A DNA stretch of 64,000 bases from NCBI GenBank assembly GCA_036507075.1, contig DASXQR010000192.1, positions 32,001 to 96,000 of the forward strand, given 5' to 3'. The translations under genes and the position numbers were made by a program. Origin of the DNA: Acidobacteriota bacterium. GTDB lineage: Bacteria > Acidobacteriota > UBA6911 > JACQSX01. The first letter of the stretch is position 1. Each line of letters begins with the position of its first letter. A model generated the notes under the pieces. The model searched no databases. It was not told where the DNA came from and worked only from the letters and a program-made list of their open reading frames with translations. Below are positions 29,146-39,339 of this stretch, one piece after another.

Positions 29146-30747
29146 CTAGGGAACGACCCGGAACGGCGCCAATGCAGAGGCGGACTGGCCGGAGATTTTG
29201 TCGCGAATGCGCACTCGCATTTCATATTCTCCGGGTTGCAGCCGGCTGAGGCTGACCATGCGGGCGATGCGGCAGTGCGGACCGGCAAACTTTACCAGCG
29301 AAGTTACGTCGCGCCAATTCTCGGGTTCGGCGCCCCTGCGCGCCAGTCCATACTCCGCTTTCAATTGCGGACGCTGGTCCTTGGGGTCGACGCCGAAGTT
29401 ATACACCTGCAGATAAAATCCGAGGCTGTCGGCGCTGCGCAGCATTTCCTCGGTTCTCGGAACAACCTTTAAATCCCCCAGCTTGAAGCTGGAAGAGCTC
29501 CCGCCGGGCGCATCTGATTCAATCCTCTCGGCCAGAATCAGAGAGCTGAGTTTCAGCGCGCCTTCTTCAGACCGGGGAACTTCCAGCCGCTGTTCCAGTG
29601 TGCCGATGCGCCTGCTCTCGACGTCCTGCACCACTACTTCCAGCTTGTACAGGCCCGGCTTCAGGATGAGCTGCTTCTGGTAGATGGAAGATGACGTTTT
29701 CGCCTTCTCCCATTGCTCGGCGGCATATTCGCGCTCAATGTCGTCTTCAAAGATTGTTTCCACGCGATTATCAATTCTGGAGACACGCCCGAATACGTGC
29801 ACCCGCGCGCGCAGCACTCCGTGGTCCGGCTTGAAAGTCATCTTGTCATTGGCCACCACCAGCGTCACCGGCACGAGCGCCTGCTGCTCGGTCAAGCGGA
29901 TATAGTCCTGGCGGACGTGGAAAGGAAGCTGGCTGTAGGTGACACGCGTCGCGACGATCGCTTCCAGATCTTTGTAGCGGATTGCCGGCGCCCGGCTCAA
30001 GCCCGCGGAAAGAGACAACTGCTCGAAGGGCTTGTCTTTTATATTCTCAAAGCCCGCCATGCCGGCGTAAGCCCCGCGCCATTCGCCCGAGATGCGGCGG
30101 CGGGTGACGCGATCCTGTTTGTTTGTCGAGCCGGTCATCATTTCCTGTTCCTGCTCATCCTGGGTCAGACCCTGAAGGCCGGAGAGCAGCAGCGCGTCCT
30201 TGCGCTGCTTGTCAAAGGTCAGCTCAAACAGGCCACCGCCTTTGTCATCCACAAATTCCAGCTCAACATCTTCACCCAGGCCTTCCAGACGCCGGTATTC
30301 CCAGCGTTCCATGGGAAAGATGCTGGTCACGCCGCCGCCTTCCTTCCGCTGGCGCGTGTATTGTCCTCCGGCCGGATAAGTTTCGCGGCGGTCCGGCGGC
30401 CCGAATTTTATGTAAATCATCCCCCGATCGCTTTTCCATCCGGCAATCCCGGCGGAAAAATTCTCGTTGGCGTAAACAATGCGGCGGTAGTGTTCTTCTT
30501 TGAAATCGTTCTCGCGCGTGGAAGGATCCGGATCGCGGCGAAGCCAGAACTGCTCAATGAAGGCATCGCGCTCCTCGTCGGTGGTCAGCTTGGAGAAGAC
30601 AGAAGCTTCTTCCTCGGTGATGATCCAGACGACATCTTCATTGAGCCATTTCTTGTAGTACTTGCCGGTGGCCTGCTCCTGTCCGAAAAGCAAAACGGAA
30701 CCGCAGAGAACGCCAAGAACGCCAAGAGTTAAAATGGATCGAGTCAA
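29146..30747 (-). CDS. GWxTD domain protein
   Basis: YKKWLNEDVVWII, FIEQFWLRRDP, EEHYRRIVYAN, GWKSDRG.IYIKFGPPD. Start trimmed to TTG 30747, which gives a signal peptide. Confidence 0.88.
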   Translation of the reverse strand: MTRSILTLGVLGVLCGSVLLFGQEQATGKYYKKWLNEDVVWIITEEEASVFSKLTTDEERDAFIEQFWLRRDPDPSTRENDFKEEHYRRIVYANENFSAGIAGWKSDRGMIYIKFGPPDRRETYPAGGQYTRQRKEGGGVTSIFPMERWEYRRLEGLGEDVELEFVDDKGGGLFELTFDKQRKDALLLSGLQGLTQDEQEQEMMTGSTNKQDRVTRRRISGEWRGAYAGMAGFENIKDKPFEQLSLSAGLSRAPAIRYKDLEAIVATRVTYSQLPFHVRQDYIRLTEQQALVPVTLVVANDKMTFKPDHGVLRARVHVFGRVSRIDNRVETIFEDDIEREYAAEQWEKAKTSSSIYQKQLILKPGLYKLEVVVQDVESRRIGTLEQRLEVPRSEEGALKLSSLILAERIESDAPGGSSSSFKLGDLKVVPRTEEMLRSADSLGFYLQVYNFGVDPKDQRPQLKAEYGLARRGAEPENWRDVTSLVKFAGPHCRIARMVSLSRLQPGEYEMRVRIRDKISGQSASALAPFRVVP

Positions 30748-30759
30748 CTTAGCCTCTAG

Positions 30760-30824
30760 CTTGGTGCCTTTGTGTCTTTGTGGTTGATAGAAACGAACCA
30801 CCAAGACACCAAGGCACCACGAGC
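30760..30824. repeat. 8-mer (CACCAAGR) inverted repeat
   Basis: CTTGGTGCCTTTGTGTCTTTGTGGTT...AACCACCAAGACACCAAGGCACCACGAG. Confidence 0.8.
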
Positions 30825-33800
30825 TCAAAAATACAATTTCAACGCAAACTGAATCAGGCGCGGATCGCCGTTCTGACCGGTGATCTGGCCGAAGTTCCCC
30901 GATTCCAGGTTGGTGTTGGGATTGGAAAAGTTCACCGTGTTGAAAACGTTGAAGAACTCCGCCCGGAACTGCAGCTCCCTGGACTCGGATATTTTGAAGT
31001 CCTTGAGCACGCTGAAATCCACCAGCCAGAAGCCGGGACCGCGCAGCCACCTGTTTGGTGTGTTGCCTACCGTCCCCAGCTTGGCCGGCTGGAACAGGCC
31101 GGCAAAGTCATCCTGCGTGAAATAAATCACCCGGCCCTGGGCGTCGCGCTTTGTCTTGCCGATATCGTTTGTGTGTCCGTCCACCTTGGCGCCGGGCACG
31201 AAATCAGGTCTATCGCCACCCTGCCAACTGCTCGACTGCGAGCCATACCCGATCCCAAAGGGAAAGGCAGACGCCACTTCGATGATCGAGCTGACCTGCC
31301 ACCCGCCGATGAACTGATTCATAAAACCGCCGGTGGATCCACCAAAGCGCTTTCCGCGGCCGAAGGGAAGCTCGTAAATGAAATTGCTTTTGAAGTCATG
31401 CGTGACGTCATTTCCCGAAACCGACTTGTCCAGATTGCGCTGGAAGAAATCGGTCACGCTCTGGCCGGTCGGCTGCGTGGTGGATGTAATGTCCAGGTTC
31501 TTACTCAAGGTATAGTTGGCCTGCGCCTGCAGTCCATTCAGGAAACGCCGGCTGAACTGTAACTGCATGCCGTGGTAACTCGAGTAGGCCGCGTTGGAGA
31601 CCAGACGCGGTCCGTTCAGGAACTGGATATTCGGGCGAAAAGCATTGTCCCTCAGGCCAACGGCAAGCGGCAGCCAACCGCGCGGGTCTACACCCGCCGG
31701 CAGCGGCGCCAGTCCCGCGGAAGTCAAAAAAGCGTTGGAGTGAAACAGTGTGCTGGTGTCAAACGCCGCGATGGTGCTGGAAAGGTTGTTGTTTCGTATG
31801 TTTGTTTCCACCTGCTGGTCGAAGGTATTGTTGCCGGCCAGGAAGAGCTTGAATAGAGATTGAGGCGCCAGGCCGGCCAGAGATCCCGGCGCGTACTGGT
31901 TCAGGCTGGAAGCATTGGCCGGCGTGGACCCGTACAACGCGGCGATATTCACCAGGGCATTCGGGTTCACGCTGCCGGGAAGCGGCACGCCCGCCTTCGC
32001 GTAGGCCGCGGCGTTGGTCAGGCTCAAGAGCCCCTGGAGCTGCTGCAGACCGGTGAGTATTTCAGCCGGCGCGCGGAACTGGTTGGCCGGAAGGCCGGCA
32101 AATTCGCTGGCTCCCTTCCTTCCCACGTAGCGAATTTCCACCACCGTGTTCTTTCTGATCTCATGCTGGATGCCGAAAGACCAGCTCTGCGAGTAGGGCG
32201 TCACCAGGTTTTTCTCATAGTCGGAAGGGCTCAAACTGAGGCGCGTGTTGGGAACCGCCTGCAGCGGCTTTTGCGTTTTGCTGATGTCAAGAATGCTGCC
32301 CAGGTTGATGCTGCCGCTGCCGACACTGACTCCCGAGTTGGTGGGAGCGTTCGCCAGATCGGAAAGCCGAGGCGTGCGCGCCAGACCGAAAGCATTGGTC
32401 AGACCAAACAGGCGCGACAGGTCATTGCCGTTGATCTGGCCCGTTCCATTCAAACCGGGCGCCCGGGATTCGATTGTGTCCAGCGTGCGTCCGTAAAGGC
32501 GATCGTAGGAAATCCGATAAGATCCCCGGATTGCGGTCCTATTCTTCCCCCATGGATCCCAGGAGAAGCCCACGATGGGGGCGAAGTTGTTCAGGTCATT
32601 ATTGAAAATCTTTGTTCCGAATTTCGGTCCCACGCGGGTAAAAGAGATCGGCTCGTGCGGGCGGCTGGGATCCAACTGGGTATCGAGCAACTGACGGTTT
32701 TTCGCCAGCACATAGAAGCTGTTTACTTCCCAGGGCACCTGGAACCAGTCGTAGCGCACTCCCAGGTTTAGTGTCAGGCCCCGGCTTACCTTCCAGTCAT
32801 CCTGGAAGAAGAAGCCCCAGTCTCTTTCGCGAAAGCCGCGGGTTTTTCCGGTTCCCAGCGGACCGAACTCACTTTCCGAGATCGCATTGAAGTCAGCCGA
32901 AGCCGAGCCGATACGACCCATCAGGAAATTGAAGAGATCCCCGGCAAGGGCCTGGTTTGCGCTCGGAATCGGATTCGCCCCCGCCGGGTTTCCAAATAAT
33001 TGCGGGAAGTTCACCAGCGCTCCACCTACTCCGGTTTGTACGCTGGAAAAGTTCAGGGAAATCGCATTGTTGCCAATAACCTGATTCAGTGGAGTCGACT
33101 GGAAAGTCATTCCCATCTTCAACGCATGGCTTCCTCGGAGCCACGACAGATTGTCGGTCACCTGGAAAGTCTGCCTCGGGGTTATTTGCAGTTCATCGAT
33201 CCGGAAAGGATTCGTGATGATCCCCGGAGATACGGCCAGCGTTCCCGGCTTGTCAACGGTCACGGAAAAAAGGCGAATATTGCGGCTCAGGCCGATGCGC
33301 ACCTCATTGGTCACTTTTGGCTTCAGGCTGCTGATGATGTTCAATGAATATCCCACCTGGTCTTCCAGCCTGGTGCGCGTTAGTCCGCCGGGAAATGGCG
33401 TGAAGCTCCCGTTAATCACGTCCCCGAATCGATCCAGGCGTCCGTAGTTGGCGCGCGCCGACAGATTGTGCTTGTCGCTGATGAGGTGATCGATCTTGAT
33501 GGTAAACAGGTCGTTTTTAGTTTTTGCCGGGGCGTTGAACCGGTATCCGGCAGTGTTCAAGCCATCCCCGGTGAGCGTGAACGTGTTGGGCAGGGGCGTG
33601 GCGTCGATGATCTTCTTGATCAAACCGGTCGTGTCGCCGCCGATGCCGTCAAAAAATCTTTTGTCGGAGTCAACCATATTCAGGGTCTGGATGCCGGCGA
33701 CGCCGGGCCGGAGCGCGCCGGTAACCGGATCTACCACCACGCGGCTGTTTGAGTTCAGCACCGCGCCCGTATCCGGATTTCGTGTCACCCCGGCGGTGAT

Positions 33801-34841
33801 AAAGCGATACAAGCCCTGGCGCGCCGCACTGGTGAGCACCGTTCGCTCGAGATCGGCCGCCTCAGACTGGCGCATCCCTTCATAATTGAAAAAGAAAAAG
33901 GTGCGGTTCTTGCCCTGATAAAGTCCCGGGATAACGACAGGGCCGCCGATGGTGCCTCCAAACTGATTGCGCAGCAGGGGCGTGCGTTCGACCTTGACCG
34001 GGCTGGCATTGTTGAAGAAGGTGTTCGCGTTGAGCACCGTGCCGCGATAAAACTCGTAGACACTTCCTTTCACCTTGTTGGTCCCCGACTTGGTCACGAT
34101 GTTCACCTGGAAACCGGACGCGCGGCCGTACTCCGCGCCCGGATTGCCGGTAATTACGCGGAACTCCTCGACCGTGTCCACCGATGGCAGAACATCGGTT
34201 GCGATCAGAATTCCCGAAGTGCTTCCCGTTCCCAGTTCCCCGTTGGTAATGTTGACACCGTCCATGTAGAGAACATTGTTGACCGTGCGGGCTCCGTTGG
34301 CCGAAAGGCCGCCCGTGGAGGACTGCCGGTTGTTGCCCGCCATTCCGGGCTGAAGGAAGATCAGCTCGATGGGCAATCTGCCGTTCAGCGGCAGGTCCTT
34401 TATCTTTCTTTCGAACACCACATCCCCAAGATCCGACGTGCCCAACTGGATCTGCTGCACCGAATCGGCCTTGACGGTCACCGCTTCGGTGATTTCGCCG
34501 ACAGTCAAGGTAAAGTTCAGGGTCTTGGTGGTGGCGACTTCCAATCGGAAGTCTGTCACTGCCGTCTTCTTGAAGCCGGGAAGCTCCGCGCTGATGGTGT
34601 AGGTGCCAGGAGGAAGAAACGGGAACACATAGAGGCCCGAATCGTTGGTGTAGCTCTCGGCAGCCACATTGGTTTCCTGGTTGGTTGCCACCACCAGCAC
34701 TCCGGGAATGACCGCCTTGCTGGGGTCACTGACCGTCCCTTCCAGCTTGGAGCCCCGCTGCTGGGCCAGAACTACGGCGCATGCGACGGCCGCCACAAGG
34801 ATAAACGTAATCGCGCGGGGGCAGAGTTTTGAAAGAAACAT
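30825..34841 (-). CDS. Oar-like TonB-dependent receptor (about 1338 aa)
   Basis: LEGTVSD, LPLNGR, VEEFRV...AEYGR, FFQDDWKV, LNLGVRYD, terminal PRLIQFALKLYF. Start at ATG 34841 after GGAGGA. Confidence 0.93.
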   Translation of the reverse strand: MFLSKLCPRAITFILVAAVACAVVLAQQRGSKLEGTVSDPSKAVIPGVLVVATNQETNVAAESYTNDSGLYVFPFLPPGTYTISAELPGFKKTAVTDFRLEVATTKTLNFTLTVGEITEAVTVKADSVQQIQLGTSDLGDVVFERKIKDLPLNGRLPIELIFLQPGMAGNNRQSSTGGLSANGARTVNNVLYMDGVNITNGELGTGSTSGILIATDVLPSVDTVEEFRVITGNPGAEYGRASGFQVNIVTKSGTNKVKGSVYEFYRGTVLNANTFFNNASPVKVERTPLLRNQFGGTIGGPVVIPGLYQGKNRTFFFFNYEGMRQSEAADLERTVLTSAARQGLYRFITAGVTRNPDTGAVLNSNSRVVVDPVTGALRPGVAGIQTLNMVDSDKRFFDGIGGDTTGLIKKIIDATPLPNTFTLTGDGLNTAGYRFNAPAKTKNDLFTIKIDHLISDKHNLSARANYGRLDRFGDVINGSFTPFPGGLTRTRLEDQVGYSLNIISSLKPKVTNEVRIGLSRNIRLFSVTVDKPGTLAVSPGIITNPFRIDELQITPRQTFQVTDNLSWLRGSHALKMGMTFQSTPLNQVIGNNAISLNFSSVQTGVGGALVNFPQLFGNPAGANPIPSANQALAGDLFNFLMGRIGSASADFNAISESEFGPLGTGKTRGFRERDWGFFFQDDWKVSRGLTLNLGVRYDWFQVPWEVNSFYVLAKNRQLLDTQLDPSRPHEPISFTRVGPKFGTKIFNNDLNNFAPIVGFSWDPWGKNRTAIRGSYRISYDRLYGRTLDTIESRAPGLNGTGQINGNDLSRLFGLTNAFGLARTPRLSDLANAPTNSGVSVGSGSINLGSILDISKTQKPLQAVPNTRLSLSPSDYEKNLVTPYSQSWSFGIQHEIRKNTVVEIRYVGRKGASEFAGLPANQFRAPAEILTGLQQLQGLLSLTNAAAYAKAGVPLPGSVNPNALVNIAALYGSTPANASSLNQYAPGSLAGLAPQSLFKLFLAGNNTFDQQVETNIRNNNLSSTIAAFDTSTLFHSNAFLTSAGLAPLPAGVDPRGWLPLAVGLRDNAFRPNIQFLNGPRLVSNAAYSSYHGMQLQFSRRFLNGLQAQANYTLSKNLDITSTTQPTGQSVTDFFQRNLDKSVSGNDVTHDFKSNFIYELPFGRGKRFGGSTGGFMNQFIGGWQVSSIIEVASAFPFGIGYGSQSSSWQGGDRPDFVPGAKVDGHTNDIGKTKRDAQGRVIYFTQDDFAGLFQPAKLGTVGNTPNRWLRGPGFWLVDFSVLKDFKISESRELQFRAEFFNVFNTVNFSNPNTNLESGNFGQITGQNGDPRLIQFALKLYF

Positions 34842-34943
34842 CGGGTCCTCCTGTCTGGTGCCGGATGATTCGCCATAGTGTAAAACTTCCCCGGGGGATC
34901 TGACGAGGATTTTGTTGTGGTGCGGATTGCGCCCGGAATTTGA

Positions 34944-35106
34944 TTCATCACGGAGGCACAGCCCGGCCGTTAGCCGCAACCAAAAAGCCGTCGAAGCCGC
35001 AACCAAAAGTCAAGGAGAGACGGCCTGAGGGCCGTCTCTCTGCGGTGCCTTGCCAAGCTGAGACGGCCCTCAGGCCGTCTCTCCGCTCCCGTGTCTTTGT
35101 GGTGAA
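34944..35106. repeat. Composite repeat with two GCCGCAACCAAA ends and a REPIN-like double hairpin
   Basis: TTCATCACGGAGGCACAGCCCGG...GCCGCAACCAAAAAGCCGTCGAAGCCGCAACCAAAAG, then the copy of 1076-1172, then GTGTCTTTGTGGTGAA. Confidence 0.88.
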
Positions 35107-35107
35107 T

Positions 35108-35875
35108 CTACTGCGCCACCATGCCGCCATCGATAGGCAGGGCGTGTCCGGTGATAAAGGACGCATGCTCCGAGCAAAGCCAGACAACCGCATCCGCGAC
35201 TTCCTCGGGCCTTCCGACTCTGCCGAGTGGATGCAGGGCCGTTACCCGCTGCTTAGCTTCGGGATCGTCGGTAAAGAGCCGCTCAGCCATGGGAGTAATG
35301 ATGACAGCCGGGCAAACGGCATTCACCCGAAGTCCCTGCGCGGCATATTCGATTGCGGCGGTGCGGGTCAGTCCGACGACACCATGTTTGCTGGCATGGT
35401 AACCGGCTCCGATGGGACCACCGATCAACCCGGCCACCGAAGACATGTTTACGATGGCTCCCTTCTGCTTGAGAATGTGCGGAATTTCGTACTTCATCGA
35501 GAGCCATACGCCCGTCAAATTAATACTGATAACCTGGTCCCACGTTTCTTCTGTGTAATCGGCCGTCGGCACAAACGCGGTTCCTTCAATCCCTGCATTG
35601 TTAAAGGCAAAATCGAGGCGGCCGTAAGTCGAGGCGGCTTTCGCGACCATGTCGCGCACCTCAGAGGCCCGGGCAACGTCGGCCTGGACAAAAATTGCTT
35701 CGCCTCCGGAATCGCGGATCAGCGCAATTGTTTCTTCGCCTTCACGGCCCCGCCGCGCGGCCACCACTACCCTGGCGCCCTTTCGAGCAAACGCCAAAGC
35801 TCCCGCCCTGCCGATTCCCGTGCTTCCCCCAGTGACCAAAGCAACTTTACCGTCGAATTCCTTATCCATTTTCAT
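35108..35875 (-). CDS. SDR family oxidoreductase
   Basis: TGGSTGIG, NNAG, YHASK; start at ATG 35875 or 35869. Confidence 0.93.
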   Translation of the reverse strand: MKMDKEFDGKVALVTGGSTGIGRAGALAFARKGARVVVAARRGREGEETIALIRDSGGEAIFVQADVARASEVRDMVAKAASTYGRLDFAFNNAGIEGTAFVPTADYTEETWDQVISINLTGVWLSMKYEIPHILKQKGAIVNMSSVAGLIGGPIGAGYHASKHGVVGLTRTAAIEYAAQGLRVNAVCPAVIITPMAERLFTDDPEAKQRVTALHPLGRVGRPEEVADAVVWLCSEHASFITGHALPIDGGMVAQ

Positions 35876-35926
35876 ATCCCCCGAGAAATGCCCCCAGATT
35901 GTGATAACAGCGTCACCTGCATGCGA

Positions 35927-36132
35927 AGCACAGAGCCACGTCCCGCAAGGGCGTGGCCAAAACAACGGAAGTCGGCTCGTCGTTCACCGAACTTGGTGCC
36001 AAGCCGGTTACGACACGTCTGACAGACCTTGGCGGATTCTGATCGCTAGGCGATAAGAAACGCAATCGCCAGCCGGGTCGAAGCCGACCAGTATGGGTCC
36101 CGCCACGCCCTTGCGGGACGTGGCTCCGTGCT
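35927..36132. repeat. REPIN-like pair of inverted 31-bp hairpin units
   Basis: AGCACAGAGCCACGTCCCGCAAGGGCGTGGC (35927-35957) and its near-perfect complement at 36102-36132. Confidence 0.85.
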
Positions 36133-36230
36133 CTGCGTGCCCGGGTTGTCGAGAGCGAATGATTTCCACGAGCGTTCACCGTCCGTCTCTGCGAAAATAT
36201 CACGCTGCCGCAAAACACGAGGAGTCTGAA

Positions 36231-37862
36231 ATGCAAACGAGATACAAATCGCTTTTCTTGCCGATGGTTGTTGCACTGCTTGCAGGAAGTATTGCGACCC
36301 ACTCCGTTTCGGCCGCAGGAGAACAAGCACGGGCGGCGGTGGGCGATTCTTCGCCATCAGGAGAACTTTCGGCGCTTCGCCGCCAAGTCGAGATGCAGCA
36401 GCAACAAATCGACCGGCTGGCAGCCGCGCTGCAGGAACAGAAGGAACTATTGCGGCGTGTCCTCGACCGCGTGGATCCGTCTGTCGACATGACACGACCG
36501 GCGCCGGCGGTTTTCAGTCGCGTCGCCGGGCCGGCAACTGTCGAGCCGGCGAGCTTCGAGTCCGGATCCCTTCCCCAGTCACAGGCAGATGTCAAGCAGG
36601 CGGCGACGCCCGTCGACACGCTGTCCAAGCGGGTCGATGAATTGTCGCGCGGCCTGGGGGGGTTCAGGTTCAGCGGTGATTTCCGGTACAGGTTCGACAT
36701 TCAGTTGCGTGAAGGAAATCCAGTTGCGGTCCCGCTGCAGAACATTCGCGGCCGCTATCGCCTGCGACTCAATGTCGACAAGGAGCTGGATTCGAAACTG
36801 CGGTTTCACGCGCAGCTTTCCACCAGCCCGCTCAACAACGGAATCACCAACGACCAGGATTTCGGGGCCACGGTTGCAAAGCACCCCTTCTCTATCGCCG
36901 AAGCGTTTATCGATTTTCACCCCAATTCCGCCCTTTCGATACGCGGCGGAAGAATGGAGGAAATTTTCGCCGACAATATGAGATTCTTGTGGGACGACGA
37001 TGTGCGGTTCAACGGCTTCCAGCAGATCGCCAGGGCGCAGCTTCGATCCAAGGGACTCGGCTTGAAAACACTCGAATTTCGGAACGCTGTTTATTTCCTG
37101 AGCAACCCGAATGTGGCCATCCTGGCGCCCAACTCTCCCTTTGTTCAGGCGGGTTTTACTCCGGGAACAAAAGTCCGGGATGCCATGCTGTTTCACCCGG
37201 GAGCGGTCGCGCGCGCCGATTTGAGCAATCGATGGAGCCTGCAACTGACCGGCGACATCCAGCTATACCGCAACCCAAATCAGATCCAACTCGCATCGCT
37301 GGCAAATGGATTTCCTGTCCTGGTCAACAACACGCTCGGCATTGCCCTGGCCGGCCCGATGACCGGGCTGGGGAATGCGACAACCACTCCCGGAGGGGCG
37401 ATTTACAGCGCTCCCCATTTCCAGATTGTGCGACTGGCCGGAAGGCTGGAAAGCAAGGGAGTCAGAGTCGGCGGTCGAGAGATGCCTCTCTGGTTTGACG
37501 TGCAGGCGACGAGAAATGTCGGCACCAGCCGCCTGCGTGACGCAATCATGGGATCTGTGAACCTGGGATCGATCAGAGAACGCTGGGACAGGTCCTTCCT
37601 TTACCAGTACGCGATCAAAGATGCCAATTCCCTGATATCACAATTTACCGATGACGACCTGGGCACCGGCACCGGTGTAAACATCGGCGTGCACGCGTTC
37701 CGTTTTGATCTCGGCCTGGCTCGCTTTCTCCAATGGCAGAATCTGTTCTTCCTGCAGAACGAGCGCCGGGCCAGCAATCCCGCCGAGCATTTGTTCCTCC
37801 CGCTGCAGCGCGGAGCGAAGACAACGTACCGGTATCTTGGGCAGTTGGCGTTTACTTTCTAA
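36231..37862 (+). CDS. Putative outer-membrane porin with N-terminal coiled coil
   Basis: Signal peptide, coiled coil, FRFSGDFRYR...RGRYRLRL, WDDDV, terminal Phe. Start at ATG 36231 after GAGGAG. Confidence 0.8.
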   Translation: MQTRYKSLFLPMVVALLAGSIATHSVSAAGEQARAAVGDSSPSGELSALRRQVEMQQQQIDRLAAALQEQKELLRRVLDRVDPSVDMTRPAPAVFSRVAGPATVEPASFESGSLPQSQADVKQAATPVDTLSKRVDELSRGLGGFRFSGDFRYRFDIQLREGNPVAVPLQNIRGRYRLRLNVDKELDSKLRFHAQLSTSPLNNGITNDQDFGATVAKHPFSIAEAFIDFHPNSALSIRGGRMEEIFADNMRFLWDDDVRFNGFQQIARAQLRSKGLGLKTLEFRNAVYFLSNPNVAILAPNSPFVQAGFTPGTKVRDAMLFHPGAVARADLSNRWSLQLTGDIQLYRNPNQIQLASLANGFPVLVNNTLGIALAGPMTGLGNATTTPGGAIYSAPHFQIVRLAGRLESKGVRVGGREMPLWFDVQATRNVGTSRLRDAIMGSVNLGSIRERWDRSFLYQYAIKDANSLISQFTDDDLGTGTGVNIGVHAFRFDLGLARFLQWQNLFFLQNERRASNPAEHLFLPLQRGAKTTYRYLGQLAFTF

Positions 37863-37872
37863 AATTGCGGGC

Positions 37873-37922
37873 CTGGCTTGGTGCCTTGGTGGTTTGATTT
37901 TTTTAAACCACCAAGACACCAA
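37873..37922. repeat. About 50-bp hairpin, copy 1
   Basis: CTGGCTTGGTGCCTTGGTGGTTT-loop-AAACCACCAAGACACCAA. Confidence 0.85.
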
Positions 37923-37941
37923 CCTGCCAAACTTTGGGACT

Positions 37942-39339
37942 ATGACAACAACACGTTTTCTTCTGATCACATTTCTGGCAAGCACGACCCTGATGGCACA
38001 GCAGACCGTATCACCCCCACTGCAGCTTGGACGGGCCGTGGAGCTCGCATTGGAGAACTATCCCTCCATGAAGGCTGCCCAGGCCCAGATTTCCTCTGCG
38101 ACTGCAGGGATCGAATTGTCGCGTACCGCCTATCTGCCAAGAACAGATCTACTCTGGCAGGAAAATCGGGCGACCCATAACAACGTTTTTGGGTTGCTTC
38201 TGCCGCAGTCTACGATTCCAGCCATCTCGGGGCCGGTCCTGGGAAGCAAGCCTCTCGCAGGCGACTGGGGGAGCGCAGGGGGACTGCTTTTTTCCTGGGA
38301 ACCTTTCGATTTTGGATTTCGCAGGGCCAACGTGGACGCGGCCAAGGCTCTCAAGGAGCAGGCCGACTCCGGAATGGCGGTAGTGCGGCTGAACGTGGCA
38401 ACGACGGCAGCAGATGCTTTCATGGGAGTGGTGGCGGCCGATGAGATAGTGCGCGCGGCCGAGGCGAACGTGCAGCGGATGAGCGTTTTTGCCGAGAGCG
38501 TGCACGTCCTGGTCCGAAATGAGCTTCGCCCGGGCGTTGAGTCTTCGCGAGCCAATGCGGAACTGGCGGCTGCCAGAAACCAATTGATCCAGGCGCAGCA
38601 ATTGGCCCAGGTGAATCGCACCAATCTGGCGGAAGCCATCGGTCAGGCGGAGGCATTTTTGCAAATTGACCCGGGGCCTCTGCTGGCAGCGCCCGCCGAA
38701 ATCGGCGCCCCAACCGCGGATGTGACAAAGCACCCCCTGGCCCTGAGCCAGGAGAGCGCCAGAGAAGCGGCGCGCGCAAGAGAACGCGCGCTGAGCCGCT
38801 CTTATTTCCCGCGCTTCAATTTCCAAACGGCCTTCTATGGTCGCGGGACGGGCGCGGATTTGAGCGGTATTGTCAACAGATCGGAAGGGCTTCTGCCCGA
38901 CACCCCCAACTGGGCAAGCGGCCTGACGCTGACGTTTGATCCCTTCAGTCTTTTTTCGCTGCGCGCCCGGCAGAAAGTAGAAGCAGGAAATGAAGCACTG
39001 GAAAGTGCCCGTTATGATCAGGTCGTGCAGTCACTGAAGGCCCAGGATGCGCGTGCTCGAGCGACGCTGGAAGCGGCTCAAAAAATTGCCGCAAACACCC
39101 CAGTTCAACTGGAGGCTGCCCGCGAAACTGAAATACGAGCCCGGGTGCGGTACGAGGCCGGACTGGCGAATATAATCGAAGTGGCGGATGCACAACGGCT
39201 GCTCGCTCAGGCCGAAATAGATCATGCGGTCGCCAGGCTGAATGTATGGCGGGCTCTTTTGGCGCTGGCCAGAGCGCAAGGTGATCTCAAGCCATTCCTG
39301 CAGCCGTTTTCCACGGCGACGTCTCAAGGGAGCAAATAG
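37942..39339 (+). CDS. TolC family outer-membrane efflux protein
   Basis: AVELALENYP, AYLPR, YFPRF, RYEAGLANIIEVADAQ; start trimmed to ATG 37942. Confidence 0.9.
   Translation: MTTTRFLLITFLASTTLMAQQTVSPPLQLGRAVELALENYPSMKAAQAQISSATAGIELSRTAYLPRTDLLWQENRATHNNVFGLLLPQSTIPAISGPVLGSKPLAGDWGSAGGLLFSWEPFDFGFRRANVDAAKALKEQADSGMAVVRLNVATTAADAFMGVVAADEIVRAAEANVQRMSVFAESVHVLVRNELRPGVESSRANAELAAARNQLIQAQQLAQVNRTNLAEAIGQAEAFLQIDPGPLLAAPAEIGAPTADVTKHPLALSQESAREAARARERALSRSYFPRFNFQTAFYGRGTGADLSGIVNRSEGLLPDTPNWASGLTLTFDPFSLFSLRARQKVEAGNEALESARYDQVVQSLKAQDARARATLEAAQKIAANTPVQLEAARETEIRARVRYEAGLANIIEVADAQRLLAQAEIDHAVARLNVWRALLALARAQGDLKPFLQPFSTATSQGSK

Noticed and set aside
30748..31050. Long N-terminal extensions in the ORF track (also for 2121, 30825, 35108, 36093, 37705, 44776, 54508, 60654)
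   Set aside because: They run through repeats or neighbouring genes; downstream starts give an RBS and/or signal peptide.
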